The notes under the pieces were generated by a model. The model did no database searches, had not been told where the DNA came from, and saw only the letters and a program-made list of their open reading frames with translations. 64,000 nt of DNA from a virus: positions 1 to 64,000 of IMG/VR virus record IMGVR_UViG_3300045996_002640, one strand, 5' to 3'. The translations under genes were made by a program, and so were the position numbers. This document shows, one piece after another, positions 1 through 8,853 of the stretch (position 1 is its first letter; the number at the start of each line of letters is the position of its first letter).

Positions 1-257
1 GCCCATCCTCCGGCGCCGAGCACCTGACGAAGCTTTGAGACCGCGCCGCGCGGGAGCGTCATCAGGCCACGGTCGACCTTCCAGAGCACGTACTCAGGTG
101 GCTCCTTACTCGCCCAGGCACGCGACATCTGCGCGAGCCGCTTGTGCTTCGGGTTCTTGTGCGTGAACGCCGCCTTGAGGTCGTCGATCAGCTGCGCGGG
201 GAGCTGCTTAGCGTCGAGCCTTAGACGTTCGTCGACCGTAACCTGGATTCGTTTCAT
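1..257 (-). CDS. N-terminal part of a probable superfamily-2 (DEAD/DEAH-like) helicase, running off the window edge
   Basis: Manual translation from ATG at 257 (ATGA overlap with the upstream stop) gives MKRIQVTVDERLRLDAKQLPAQLIDDLKAAFTHKNPKH...LMTLPRGAVSKL. The F-x3-NP...LPRG pattern resembles N-termini of phage SF2 helicases. Helicase motifs would lie outside the window. Confidence 0.45.
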   Translation of the reverse strand, partial: MKRIQVTVDERLRLDAKQLPAQLIDDLKAAFTHKNPKHKRLAQMSRAWASKEPPEYVLWKVDRGLMTLPRGAVSKLRQVLGAGGW

Positions 258-769
258 GGGAGCTCCATCTTCTCGAGCGCCTCGCCGAGCGCGCGTACCT
301 CTGTGAGCCGCAACCGCTGGCGATTCCTCGCGCTCGCAGCAAACCCGACGAGCTCGCGCACGTTGTGGACCATCCGCTCGGGCAGCGCCGGCTCGATGTG
401 CAATTGCGCGAGCGTCAGATCGATCCAGAATTCGATCCGCCACGTGTCCTTGAACTCGAACCCACGACGCAGCGCGAACTTCTTACGCTCAGCACCAGCG
501 CGCAGCCGGTGCCGGAGGACCATGATCGCGTACCGCGCGATGACCTTGTCGACGACGAGCTCGATCACGAACTGCATCCGAACGACCAGATCTCTCTCGA
601 AGTCGTGAAAGCGAATTCGAAAGACCTGGATATCCGCCTCGTCGTACCCCCGCTCGGTGTAGCCCGGCGCTTGCTTGACGCTGAACACCTTAGAGCTCCG
701 GCCGGGGCTTGCGTTCCACGCCTTGTGCGCGCGAAAGCGCTTTGCGATCCGTTCGAACGCCTCGTTCAC
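254..769 (-). CDS. hypothetical protein with conserved C-terminal tag (ALGEALEKMELP)
   Basis: 171-aa ORF, coupled to neighbours, carrying the shared C-terminal motif. Confidence 0.75.
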   Translation of the reverse strand: MNEAFERIAKRFRAHKAWNASPGRSSKVFSVKQAPGYTERGYDEADIQVFRIRFHDFERDLVVRMQFVIELVVDKVIARYAIMVLRHRLRAGAERKKFALRRGFEFKDTWRIEFWIDLTLAQLHIEPALPERMVHNVRELVGFAASARNRQRLRLTEVRALGEALEKMELP

Positions 770-1005
770 GCACCGATAATGCCGCGCCGCGCACGGAGCT
801 CGGCGAGCGCTTCGGACACGAGCATCGCGTCCATGGACGCGTCGTGCCCCCCGACCGCCTCAGCCGAAGCGACCTCGAGCGAGCTACCTCGAGCGCGCAC
901 GCGGAGGTGTGCCTGCCCCCGTCCGGGGGCGCTCAGCACGATCGAGACGAACCCGTCGTGCGACCTGGTCCTCGAAATGACCTGCATCGCTGCACCGCCT
1001 CCCAT
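766..1005 (-). CDS. small hypothetical protein
   Basis: Fills the gap in a coupled operon; GTGA overlap with the next gene; the true start may be 987. Confidence 0.5.
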   Translation of the reverse strand: MGGGAAMQVISRTRSHDGFVSIVLSAPGRGQAHLRVRARGSSLEVASAEAVGGHDASMDAMLVSEALAELRARRGIIGA

Positions 1006-1008
1006 GTA

Positions 1009-1416
1009 TCACGCCTCCATGTGGGCGTCGATTGCACCAAGGATCTCGTCCAGCTTCTCGAGCCCGTCCAGCGCTTGAGCGGCCGCCCTGGCCTGCTCTT
1101 CCGCCTTGCGCGCCGCCGCACGCTCGGACATCTGACGCAACGCGACCTGGCTGGCGTGGTAGCGATCGACCGCGTGAGCATCGACCTCGATGTCTTCGTC
1201 CGGGTAGGGGATCCGCTTCACGTGGATCGCCCAGCCCGACGGACACTTGGCGAGCGCGCGCGACCTGATCCCGTTCTGGGTGTACGCGCTGATCGCGACC
1301 GGTGGCCAGTAGATGAGGGTGTTCCCGCCCTTGCGTGCGATCTGGAGCAAGCCCTCACCGAGCTCGTGCTCCCGCTCGATCTCCGCGAAGATGGCGCCCG
1401 CCTCGTCGTTCGTCAT
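1009..1416 (-). CDS. hypothetical protein (weak C-terminal tag LDEILGAIDAHMEA)
   Basis: ATG at 1416 overlaps the TGA of the upstream gene; 3' part of ORF 1009..1899. Confidence 0.65.
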   Translation of the reverse strand: MTNDEAGAIFAEIEREHELGEGLLQIARKGGNTLIYWPPVAISAYTQNGIRSRALAKCPSGWAIHVKRIPYPDEDIEVDAHAVDRYHASQVALRQMSERAAARKAEEQARAAAQALDGLEKLDEILGAIDAHMEA

Positions 1417-2021
1417 GGCAGCTCCATGCGGTCCAGTTGGGCGCCCAACGCATCGAGGTCGGCCGGCGTTCCGTCTTGCGGGAAGCTCGGGCCGAATCCT
1501 TCCAAAATGCCGTACCGAGACGCCTCGCGAAGTCCACGCACCGCGAGCACGCCCGCACGCTCCAGCGTCGTCATCCCGTCGAGCAGCTCGTAAAGCTTCT
1601 CGAGCCGGGTCATCCCAACCGTGTGCTTGTCGAGCCTGAGCATGCCAATCATCGAGAGGACCCCGACGTCCCACGACTGCTTGACGAGATTGACCGTGAC
1701 GATCTGAGAAACTTGCCGTAGCCGAGCATGCCGCGCCTCGATCACCGGCATGGCGAGCGCGCCCTGCACCTTGAACGAGACTTCGACCGGTTCGTCCGTC
1801 AAGAGCTGGAGCATCTGCCACACCGCGAAGGCCTGAGCTTCCTGCTGGGCGTAGGTGTGAAAGCCGTAGTTCGCGATAACCGCGATGGCCTGGCCGCAAT
1901 GGTGCTGCACCAAACCCTTGTGCAAGCCAAACTCAATTTCGAGAGCGCCCGAGACCTCGGTGAAATCGGTCAGCGCGAGGAGCTCCTCCACGCGCTCTCG
2001 GCTCGGCACCGGTTCGTTCAT
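1413..2021 (-). CDS. hypothetical protein with conserved C-terminal tag (ALGAQLDRMELP)
   Basis: Start at 2021 is preceded by the GGCATCAT-N6 motif; shared C-terminal motif. Confidence 0.75.
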   Translation of the reverse strand: MNEPVPSRERVEELLALTDFTEVSGALEIEFGLHKGLVQHHCGQAIAVIANYGFHTYAQQEAQAFAVWQMLQLLTDEPVEVSFKVQGALAMPVIEARHARLRQVSQIVTVNLVKQSWDVGVLSMIGMLRLDKHTVGMTRLEKLYELLDGMTTLERAGVLAVRGLREASRYGILEGFGPSFPQDGTPADLDALGAQLDRMELP

Positions 2022-2048
2022 GACCGGATGATGCCCCCGAAATAGGCT

Positions 2049-2152
2049 AGGCCCGGATCGCACCTTGCTGCTTTGATCATTCCGTCCACCCGAGCGCAAG
2101 AGGGCGGTCCTCTTGGGTCTTGGCCTCGAAACTCAAGGTGCGATCCGGGCCT
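2049..2152. repeat. 19-bp perfect inverted repeat enclosing 66 bp
   Basis: AGGCCCGGATCGCACCTTG (2049-2067) pairs with CAAGGTGCGATCCGGGCCT (2134-2152); inner hairpin CAAGAGG-GCGGT-CCTCTTG. Confidence 0.85.
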
Positions 2153-2677
2153 GGCGCCGAGAGTAACTGCCGCGCGCCCAACATGCAATGGGTTGCAAAC
2201 GCCACGCCTAGCACGGCATTCTCCGACCGCTTTGATCAGGTACCGTCCCGCCGCGGACCGCGCGGCACGATCAATCCCAAGCGTAAGCAGGGCCCTCGGC
2301 GGGCCCGGGTCTGCCGCGCGCGAGCGCGACCGCAGCTCCCTGAGGACGGCAGGGATGAAGGGAACCGAGCTCGAGACCATCGAGTTGGGCGCCCACGAGC
2401 CGAGCGTATCCGGGCACCGCGAAACCCCGGTCGTTCGAACCTTGTCCGCACGCTTCATAGGGCGGCCCGATCCCAGGACCCGGGTAGGCAAGGGGGCCAG
2501 CGCGGTGCAACGCGCCAGGCCCGGACGAACATAGGCCGTCAGAGGACCCGGCGATTCCGCCCAGGCCACCGGGTTTAGCAGCGACCGATTCCCCTCTCAC
2601 CCCGACGGGTTTCATCCTCGAACGGGTCTCCCCTCCAAAGCCGGGTAAGCGGCCATAGGAAGGGCCTTGGTCCTGGT

Positions 2678-2746
2678 CTATCTGAAGAAGAACCGAAGAC
2701 CCAAGAGACCGAGGACGAGGAGGAGAAACCAGGTCACGATCGGCAC
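2678..2746 (-). CDS. 22-aa hydrophobic micropeptide (MPIVTWFLLLVLGLLGLRFFFR)
   Basis: GAGGTG Shine-Dalgarno upstream of GTG; composition of a single transmembrane helix; below the ORF-track size cutoff. Confidence 0.5.
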   Translation of the reverse strand: MPIVTWFLLLVLGLLGLRFFFR

Positions 2747-2755
2747 GGTAGCACC

Positions 2756-2818
2756 TCAGCGAGCACGCTCGGCCCAGAGCTGCCGGAAGACGATCCAGGC
2801 GAAGCGAATCAGGGTCAT
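2756..2818 (-). CDS. 20-aa micropeptide (MTLIRFAWIVFRQLWAERAR)
   Basis: ATGA overlap with the upstream stop at 2815. Confidence 0.45.
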   Translation of the reverse strand: MTLIRFAWIVFRQLWAERAR

Positions 2819-2985
2819 GGCTTGTCGAGCTCCATCAGCACTCTCGGCCAGGCGCGCTGCATGCCGTCGAGCAACGCGCGGTCCTCGGGGGTCTTGGCCC
2901 GCAAGCGAGCCTGCAGGAGCTCGGCTCGCGCTTGGGTCAGGAGGAGCTGCTTCTCGAGCGAGAGTCCGGGTGGCGTCCGCATCAT
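2815..2985 (-). CDS. small hypothetical protein
   Basis: ATGA-coupled to 2982..3395. Confidence 0.55.
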   Translation of the reverse strand: MMRTPPGLSLEKQLLLTQARAELLQARLRAKTPEDRALLDGMQRAWPRVLMELDKP

Positions 2986-3395
2986 AGGTGGGCCTCGGTG
3001 AAAATGAGCATGGCGCTCGGGGCGTGTTCGATCAGGAGGTCGACTACTTTCTTGCGATCGGTCTCGAGCCGCAGCACTTCCTCGATCTCGCGCGGCCAGG
3101 TCGTCCGGCATGAGATCGGACCCTTGAGCTCGGAGAGAATGATCCAGGCGTCGAGCCAGGCCTGCTCCTCCTCGCCGAGCGGGTGAGGGACCCGCTTTTG
3201 CCAATCATCGGGATCGGGCCGCCAGGCGACCCAGGTGCCCTCCGCAGCACCGCGGGTGAGAAGCGCGTCCATCGGCGGGTTCACCACCCGGGCGGTCAAG
3301 ACGTCGACTAGGTAAGGGTCTCGCCCCGGAGAACGACGCTTGGCGCTCATGGCGCGCACCTGGTCCCGAAGGGGTTCGCCTCGCCAGACGCGCAT
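2982..3395 (-). CDS. hypothetical protein
   Basis: 137-aa ORF in a coupled run; the start could be 3350. Confidence 0.6.
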   Translation of the reverse strand: MRVWRGEPLRDQVRAMSAKRRSPGRDPYLVDVLTARVVNPPMDALLTRGAAEGTWVAWRPDPDDWQKRVPHPLGEEEQAWLDAWIILSELKGPISCRTTWPREIEEVLRLETDRKKVVDLLIEHAPSAMLIFTEAHL

Positions 3396-3486
3396 GGCGG
3401 GGCTCCACGCTCGCCCAGGGCGACCCAGGCGACCAGAGTCGCCCAGGCCAGCACCGCGAGCACCAGGCCCAACGTCGCGCGGCGAT

Positions 3487-3819
3487 TCATCGGAGGACCT
3501 TGTTCAAGAATTCGATCGCGGCGTCGATCGAATTCCGGTCGTCCTTCACCAGCTCCAGGGTCACGTACGCGAGGTTCCCGCTCAGGACCTCAACCCCGAC
3601 CGCAAAGTTCGCCGAGGGCTGACCGGCCATCGCCATGTGGACCTGCGAGGCGACCGCGTACGCCGCCGCGGCCATCGGGTGGTAGCCATCCCGGCCCGCC
3701 TTGGGCGCCGAGATCTTGATCTGCGGGGTCGTCGTGCCGTAGCGGCTCGTGCCCTTGATCGCCTCGAATCGCATGCCGACCGTCATCACCTTCGCAACCT
3801 GCTCGATAATCGCGTTCAT
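3487..3819 (-). CDS. cassette-encoded hypothetical protein
   Basis: GAGGAG RBS; directly downstream of the repeat copy at 3842. Confidence 0.8.
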   Translation of the reverse strand: MNAIIEQVAKVMTVGMRFEAIKGTSRYGTTTPQIKISAPKAGRDGYHPMAAAAYAVASQVHMAMAGQPSANFAVGVEVLSGNLAYVTLELVKDDRNSIDAAIEFLNKVLR

Positions 3820-3953
3820 CGTGAGCTCCTCGCTCGCCGGCGGCCGCCTTGGCCGTCCTGACGTCCCTACTCTTAGTGCCAGCGCGGCACTAAAGCAACA
3901 CCTGTTTTCGAAGAATCGACCGGGGGGCCCCTCGGCCCCCCGATTCTGGGTCC

Positions 3954-4205
3954 TCAGGCCTTTTCGGCGAATAGGCGCTGCAACCGAGCCAGGGCCGGGA
4001 CCTTCTGCAGCGCTTCGGCCAGCGCCGCGCGAGCCGTGTCGCCTCCGCCGAGGTAGGACGCGTCGCCCGCCTTGAGGCGGGTCGCCAGGGTGACCCGGGC
4101 CGCGTAGCCGCAGCGCGGGTTCAGGGAATCGACCGGCGCGATTCGGACGTCGCCGCCGCTTGCGGTGATCGCCTCGATCGCATCGAGCAGCATCTCGTCG
4201 GTCAT
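3954..4205 (-). CDS. cassette-encoded hypothetical protein
   Basis: MTDEMLLDAIE...; ATGA overlap with the upstream gene. Confidence 0.65.
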   Translation of the reverse strand: MTDEMLLDAIEAITASGGDVRIAPVDSLNPRCGYAARVTLATRLKAGDASYLGGGDTARAALAEALQKVPALARLQRLFAEKA

Positions 4206-4555
4206 CGTGCCCCCCGCGGCTTGATCTCGGCGCGCCAGGTCCAGGGCACCATCTGCTCGCGTGGCCCGTCCTGGCCGTCCAGCGCGAGCATCAAGGCGAC
4301 GTCGCCCAGGGCCTCGACCTCGGCTTCGGCCATCGCGTCCGCGTCCTCGACCAGGCCATCGGGCTCCAGGTAGACCGCGAGGCGGTAGCCCCACCGGTTC
4401 ATGCCGGAATTCTCGATCCGGGCGCTCAGGTTCATCTCCTGGGCCGCCGCGTGAGACTCGAGCATCCCGCCGATTGCCTCGGCGAGCTCAGGCCGGTTGC
4501 ACAGAATCCGGTTCTCGTCCTCGAACAGAATCGCTTCCAGTTTCAGTGTCGTCAT
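4202..4555 (-). CDS. cassette-encoded acidic hypothetical protein
   Basis: MTTLKLEAILF...; GAGG RBS. Confidence 0.7.
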   Translation of the reverse strand: MTTLKLEAILFEDENRILCNRPELAEAIGGMLESHAAAQEMNLSARIENSGMNRWGYRLAVYLEPDGLVEDADAMAEAEVEALGDVALMLALDGQDGPREQMVPWTWRAEIKPRGAR

Positions 4556-4604
4556 CTGGTTCTTCCTCGGTTGGGGTGGGGGGCCCGAAGGCCCCCCGGG
4601 CCGC

Positions 4605-4802
4605 TCAGCGCTTGCTGACCAAGACCTCGAATTCGGTCCCGTCCGCCAGGCGAAGGACGAAGCCTTCGGCGCGCTCATCGCCCTCATGAACGATGGTTCG
4701 GGTCCGGCATTGAACCAGCTCGTCCATCTCGGCGAGGTCGTCCGTCGTGATCGACCCGTCGAAGAGCGCCTTGATCGTCCGTGCCAATTTCGCGTTGTCC
4801 AT
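4605..4802 (-). CDS. cassette-encoded small acidic protein
   Basis: MDNAKLART...; AAGGAG RBS after the repeat at 4827. Confidence 0.75.
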   Translation of the reverse strand: MDNAKLARTIKALFDGSITTDDLAEMDELVQCRTRTIVHEGDERAEGFVLRLADGTEFEVLVSKR

Positions 4803-4853
4803 CTCGAGCTCCTTGCTCTGCCGCGCGGCCGCCTTGGCCGTGCTGACAAGAGA

Positions 4854-4884
4854 CACCTTAGTGCCAGGCTGGCACCATTGCAAC
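4854..4884 (-). promoter_or_regulatory. sigma70-type promoter with a palindromic operator in the spacer (representative copy)
   Basis: -35 TTGCAA, 17-bp spacer, -10 TAAGGT; the palindrome TTAGTGCC-N5-GGCAC(T/C)A overlaps the spacer and the -10. Confidence 0.8.
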
Positions 4885-4933
4885 TCCTTCGTTTGAGAAT
4901 CGACCGAGCCCCCCGAAGGGGGCCCGCCCCGGC

Positions 4934-5239
4934 TCAGTAGTCCTCGCCCTGGATCTGAACCGAGCACCCCGGCGAGGCCTTGAGCTCCTCGACCGAGACC
5001 AGGCCGTTCAGGCCGGCGAGCGCGCGGCCGGCGTACTCGGGGTCCCAGAAAAAAGAGATCTCGTTCTCGCCCTCGTCGTCGCTCGCCACGACGCTCAGAC
5101 CGAACGCGTCAATGATCACCATCCCGCCGAGCTCGCCCACCTGGCACTCGCCGATCAGCGGGGCCGAGCCGTCGGGGAAAGACGTCGCACCCGCGAACCC
5201 ATACCAGTCGGTCTTTGAAAACGGCTTCATCTGGATCAT
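4934..5239 (-). CDS. cassette-encoded acidic hypothetical protein
   Basis: MIQMKPFSKTDWYGFAGA...; AAGGAGG RBS after the repeat at 5262. Confidence 0.8.
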   Translation of the reverse strand: MIQMKPFSKTDWYGFAGATSFPDGSAPLIGECQVGELGGMVIIDAFGLSVVASDDEGENEISFFWDPEYAGRALAGLNGLVSVEELKASPGCSVQIQGEDY

Positions 5240-5367
5240 CGTGGCCTCCTTGGCCGCCGCGGGCCGCCTTGGCGCCGCTGACAAGAAACACCTTAGTGCC
5301 AGGCTGGCACCATTGCAACTCCTTCGTTCGAGAATCGACCAGGCCCCCGAAGGGGCCCTCGGCCACC

Positions 5368-5559
5368 TCACCGCTGAGCCTGCCGCGCTGCTTGATACTC
5401 GACGTCGGTCAGCGCGCGAACCGGCGCGTAATTGGCGAACCGCTTCGAGTAACTACGCGCCCGATTCTCCGCCGAGGCGAGAGCACGTGCCCCGCCAAAG
5501 TATACCAACCGCCCGGTCTCGGGGTCGCTGCCTACGATGCGAAAGGGATAGTGCTTCAC
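5368..5559 (-). CDS. cassette-encoded small protein
   Basis: AAGGAG RBS and GTG start after the repeat at 5583. Confidence 0.75.
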   Translation of the reverse strand: MKHYPFRIVGSDPETGRLVYFGGARALASAENRARSYSKRFANYAPVRALTDVEYQAARQAQR

Positions 5560-5690
5560 GTGAGGGCTCCTTGCCGGTCGCCGGCCGCCTTGGCCGTGCT
5601 GACAAGAAACACCTTAGTGCCAGGCCGGCACCATTGCAACTCCTTCGTTTGAGAATCGACCGGGGGCCCCGAGGCCCCCCGCGCCGGCGC

Positions 5691-5930
5691 TCAGCTCCAG
5701 AAAACCACCGCGCATCCGAGCCCGCGCGCGCCCTGGACTCCCCATGCGCGCATCTCGCCCGCAAGCTCCTCGGCCGCTTCCTCATCCTGGCAGAGGAGCT
5801 TGCCGTCCTCGGCGCCAACCACCCGAGCGTCCGTCGCCGGGCTGTAGGTCAGGTTCGCACCGTAAAGCACGATCTTCATCGTGCCGGTCTCGGAATCCGT
5901 CGTGATCTTCTGGGCGTTGATCTTGCTCAT
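5691..5930 (-). CDS. cassette-encoded small protein
   Basis: MSKINAQK...; AAGGAG RBS after the repeat at 5955. Confidence 0.75.
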   Translation of the reverse strand: MSKINAQKITTDSETGTMKIVLYGANLTYSPATDARVVGAEDGKLLCQDEEAAEELAGEMRAWGVQGARGLGCAVVFWS

Positions 5931-6063
5931 CGGGTGGCTCCTTGCCTCGTCGGGGGCCGCCTTGGCCGCCCTGACAAGAGACACCTTAGTGCCAGGTAGG
6001 CACCAACGCAACTTCTTTTTCTGAGAAAGGTGGGGGACCCCCGAAGGGGCCCCCCGGTTGGGG

Positions 6064-6363
6064 TCAGCCGGCGTGCGGATCTTCCTCGACCTCGAAGCCG
6101 AAGATCTCCGCGATGTCGCCGAGCGTCTGGTCGATCACCTTGATGTGGTCTTGCGTGAAGACCGGTTCAAAGCTTGCGTCCTCGCGCTCGATCTCGACCC
6201 GGAATCTCCAGGGCGAGTCCTGGTCGTTCACCTTGGTGAGCTTGGGAACCAAGCCGTGATCCGAGACGCCCCGCACGAAGCAGATCATCCGGAACACAAC
6301 CTCGGCTTCCTCGAGTGCCTCGGTGTAGACCGCGAACTCACCCTTGGCCAACTTGCCTTTCAT
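6064..6363 (-). CDS. cassette-encoded acidic protein
   Basis: 99-aa ORF downstream of the repeat at 6411. Confidence 0.75.
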   Translation of the reverse strand: MKGKLAKGEFAVYTEALEEAEVVFRMICFVRGVSDHGLVPKLTKVNDQDSPWRFRVEIEREDASFEPVFTQDHIKVIDQTLGDIAEIFGFEVEEDPHAG

Positions 6364-6494
6364 TTCTGTTTTTCTGCCTTCCTCCGGGCGCCTTGCCCGG
6401 CGTCGCTCGCGGCCACCTTGGCCGCGCTGACGTCCCTACTCTTAGTGCCAGCGGGGCACTAATGCAACTTCTTCGTTCGCGAGCCGGTCGATTC

Positions 6495-6686
6495 TCACCG
6501 AGGACTCGCCGTCTCGGCCAGGATCAGAACGACGCCCGCCGATGCCAGAGCCGCGCCGGCCGCCAGAGCGAGCCACCAAGCGCTCGAAGAGTCGGGCCGG
6601 CAGATCTCTCGGAAGGCCCAGGCGCCGCCCCACGAGCCCAGCAGGGCGGCCGCGCGCGCCGCATGGGCGCCCATCTCGAGCTTCAC
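6495..6686 (-). CDS. small membrane protein
   Basis: GTGA-coupled; two hydrophobic segments. Confidence 0.5.
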   Translation of the reverse strand: MKLEMGAHAARAAALLGSWGGAWAFREICRPDSSSAWWLALAAGAALASAGVVLILAETASPR

Positions 6687-6991
6687 AGGTCGACCCGTTC
6701 CAGCGCTTCGAACGCGAGGTCGAGCGGCTCGAATTCGGGGATGACCGGTTCCTTGCGAACCGCGCCGGTGAGCGCGTACTCGCCGAGCTCGTTCCGGACC
6801 AGCCGGCCCGCGTTCGTCCAGTACCGGGTCTCGCGCCAAATCCGGAACTCGCTCAGGCCGGTCGCCGCGGCGAGCTCGGGCTCCTTGAGGCCCTGTCCTG
6901 GCTTGCACTCGAAGCCGCGGATCGCCGCCTCGATCTTCTTGATCGCCATCTCGTGCGCGCGGATGGTCCGCTCCGCGATCTTCTTGGTCAT
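6683..6991 (-). CDS. possible winged-helix-like small protein
   Basis: MTKKIAERT...LKEPELAAATGLSEFRIW...GRLVRNELGEYAL resembles a wHTH pattern. Confidence 0.55.
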   Translation of the reverse strand: MTKKIAERTIRAHEMAIKKIEAAIRGFECKPGQGLKEPELAAATGLSEFRIWRETRYWTNAGRLVRNELGEYALTGAVRKEPVIPEFEPLDLAFEALERVDL

Positions 6992-7266
6992 CGACGTTCT
7001 CCTCGAAGGGCTCGTTCGCGGGCCGCCGCGCGCGCCTGGCGGCGGTCCTGGGCTCGCTTGTTCTCGACCTTGACGATCGCCCGGCAAGCGGCGAGCGCGC
7101 GGTCTCGGGGCATCCCAGCGGCTCGGCCGAGCGCGACCGCGTTCACGTCCTGCTCGCGCTGGAGCTCGGCCTCGATCTCAGCGCGGGTCGCCTCGCGCTT
7201 CTCTTCCTCGCGCGGGCAAACCAGGCGGTCGCAAATTCCCATGTAGTGCGTGCATTCGGCCTTCAT
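6988..7266 (-). CDS. small basic hypothetical protein
   Basis: MKAECTHYMGICD...; GGAG RBS after the hairpin repeat. Confidence 0.65.
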   Translation of the reverse strand: MKAECTHYMGICDRLVCPREEEKREATRAEIEAELQREQDVNAVALGRAAGMPRDRALAACRAIVKVENKRAQDRRQARAAARERALRGERR

Positions 7267-7331
7267 CGGGTAGCTCCTACGACCCGAAGCCCGGGGCTCT
7301 CGCCTCCGGGCCGTGCGGGCCGCTGTCGGCC

Positions 7332-7568
7332 TCAGCCGCGCAGCCTGCGCCGGCGAGGGATGTGGAGCTCGATTGAGTCGATCGCGCGAAAGAGCGGCGC
7401 CGGCGGGCCGAAGTGCGGGGCGAGCTCGACCACCAGGAGCTGGTAGCGACCGTGCTTGTAGACCCAAGCAGCGGTGCTCTCCTCGTCCGTTTCCGGAAGG
7501 CGGAGGTTCAGGGCCTCGATCTCGCGATTGATTTGGTCGGCTTCGGTCTGGGAAATGATGCGCGCCAT
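7332..7568 (-). CDS. cassette-encoded small protein
   Basis: MARIISQTEAD...; AAGGAG RBS after the repeat at 7591. Confidence 0.75.
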   Translation of the reverse strand: MARIISQTEADQINREIEALNLRLPETDEESTAAWVYKHGRYQLLVVELAPHFGPPAPLFRAIDSIELHIPRRRRLRG

Positions 7569-7696
7569 CTTGAGCTCCTTGCTCGCCGCGGGCCGCCTTG
7601 GCCTCGCTGACAAGAAACACCTTAGTGCCAGGCTGGCACCATTGCAACTCCTTCGTTCGAAAAAAGAAGGGGCCCATTTCGAGGCCCCGATCCGGC

Positions 7697-7918
7697 TCAG
7701 CGCTTGCGGTTCCAGCGCCGCCGCGTGACCTCGCGCCATCGGTCGATCATACGATGAACGCTCCGGAGATGGATGCCCATCAGCGGCGCCGCATGGGTCC
7801 GGTTGTCGCCGCAAGCCTCGAGGGCCATCCGGACGTAGTTCCGGTCGACCTCCTCGAGGGTCGGGTCGATGAGCTCGACCCGGCGGCCCTTGATCTCGAT
7901 CGTGACCTTGATCTTCAT
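7697..7918 (-). CDS. stand-alone Fis-family (HTH_8) DNA-binding protein
   Basis: TLEEVDRNYVRMALEACGDNRTHAAPLMGIHLRSVHRMI matches the Fis/NtrC C-terminal HTH pattern. Confidence 0.85.
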   Translation of the reverse strand: MKIKVTIEIKGRRVELIDPTLEEVDRNYVRMALEACGDNRTHAAPLMGIHLRSVHRMIDRWREVTRRRWNRKR

Positions 7919-8145
7919 CGGGCGGCCGTCTTGATGTAGAGAGGCGAGAGAATCCCCACGCTGTAAGCCAGCGATTTGAGAGCGCGCTCTCGAGCGTGAT
8001 ACCAATCCAGCCGGGCGAAACAGGCCTCCGCATCACGCGCGCAAAGCTGCGCACTGCTATGCATCGGGCGGTTCGCGAGCTCGGCGAGCTCGGCTTGAAT
8101 CCGAGCAACCCGCATCGTTTCGTAAGCTTGAGCTTCGGTCACCAT
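7915..8145 (-). CDS. cassette-encoded small protein
   Basis: MVTEAQAYE...; AAGGAGG RBS after the repeat at 8171. Confidence 0.75.
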   Translation of the reverse strand: MVTEAQAYETMRVARIQAELAELANRPMHSSAQLCARDAEACFARLDWYHARERALKSLAYSVGILSPLYIKTAAR

Positions 8146-8237
8146 CTTGGAGGCCTCCTTGGCCGTCGGGCGCCGCCTTGGCGTCCCTGACAAGAATCAC
8201 CTTAGTGCCGGGCTTGGCACTAATGCAACTCCTTCGT

Positions 8238-8519
8238 TCAGAAAAACGACCGGATCGATTCCAGCGCCGCTTCGGCCTCAAACTGGTCGTCCCAGATGTA
8301 GCCGATCGAGTCCTTGGCCGGCGGGTTCTCGAGCCTGAGCGCAGCGCGCTCGGCGGTCCAGAGACGGTCGTCGCCGATCTGGTAGCCGCGGTAGCTCGGG
8401 CTCGGGCGCTTCGCCTGAGCAGCGAGATCGAGCCGGGAACCGAGGAGCTCGAAGCCCTCGTCGCATTCCCAGCCGATCCGCCAGGCGCCGAAGAAAGGGA
8501 CCAGGATCGGGGGGTTCAT
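8238..8519 (-). CDS. hypothetical protein
   Basis: 93-aa ORF between the hairpin repeat and a promoter repeat. Confidence 0.6.
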   Translation of the reverse strand: MNPPILVPFFGAWRIGWECDEGFELLGSRLDLAAQAKRPSPSYRGYQIGDDRLWTAERAALRLENPPAKDSIGYIWDDQFEAEAALESIRSFF

Positions 8520-8575
8520 TCTACGACCCCAAGCCCGCCGAGCTCTCGCCGGGCGGGCCGTTGGGGGCAGGGCTC

Positions 8576-8773
8576 TCAGCGTAGGGCCTGCAGCCGAGCT
8601 TCGAGCTCGCGCACCAGGTTATCCCGGGTGCGTGCCAAGGCCGCCGTGCTTGGCCGTGCAGCCTTGTGGAAGGCAATCGCCATCTCGAGCCGCTCGATCC
8701 GCTGCTTGCGAGCAGCCTCACCGCCAGCCGCCAGCTCCGCCTTCTCGTTCGCGATCTTGTTCGAGTAGTCCAT
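8576..8773 (-). CDS. cassette-encoded small helical protein
   Basis: MDYSNKIANE...; AAGGAG RBS after the repeat at 8796. Confidence 0.75.
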   Translation of the reverse strand: MDYSNKIANEKAELAAGGEAARKQRIERLEMAIAFHKAARPSTAALARTRDNLVRELEARLQALR

Positions 8774-8853
8774 CTTGAGCTCCTTGCTCGTCGCGGGCCG
8801 CCTTGGCGCCGCTGACGTCCCTACTCTTAGTGCCTCCCTGGCACCATTGCAAC

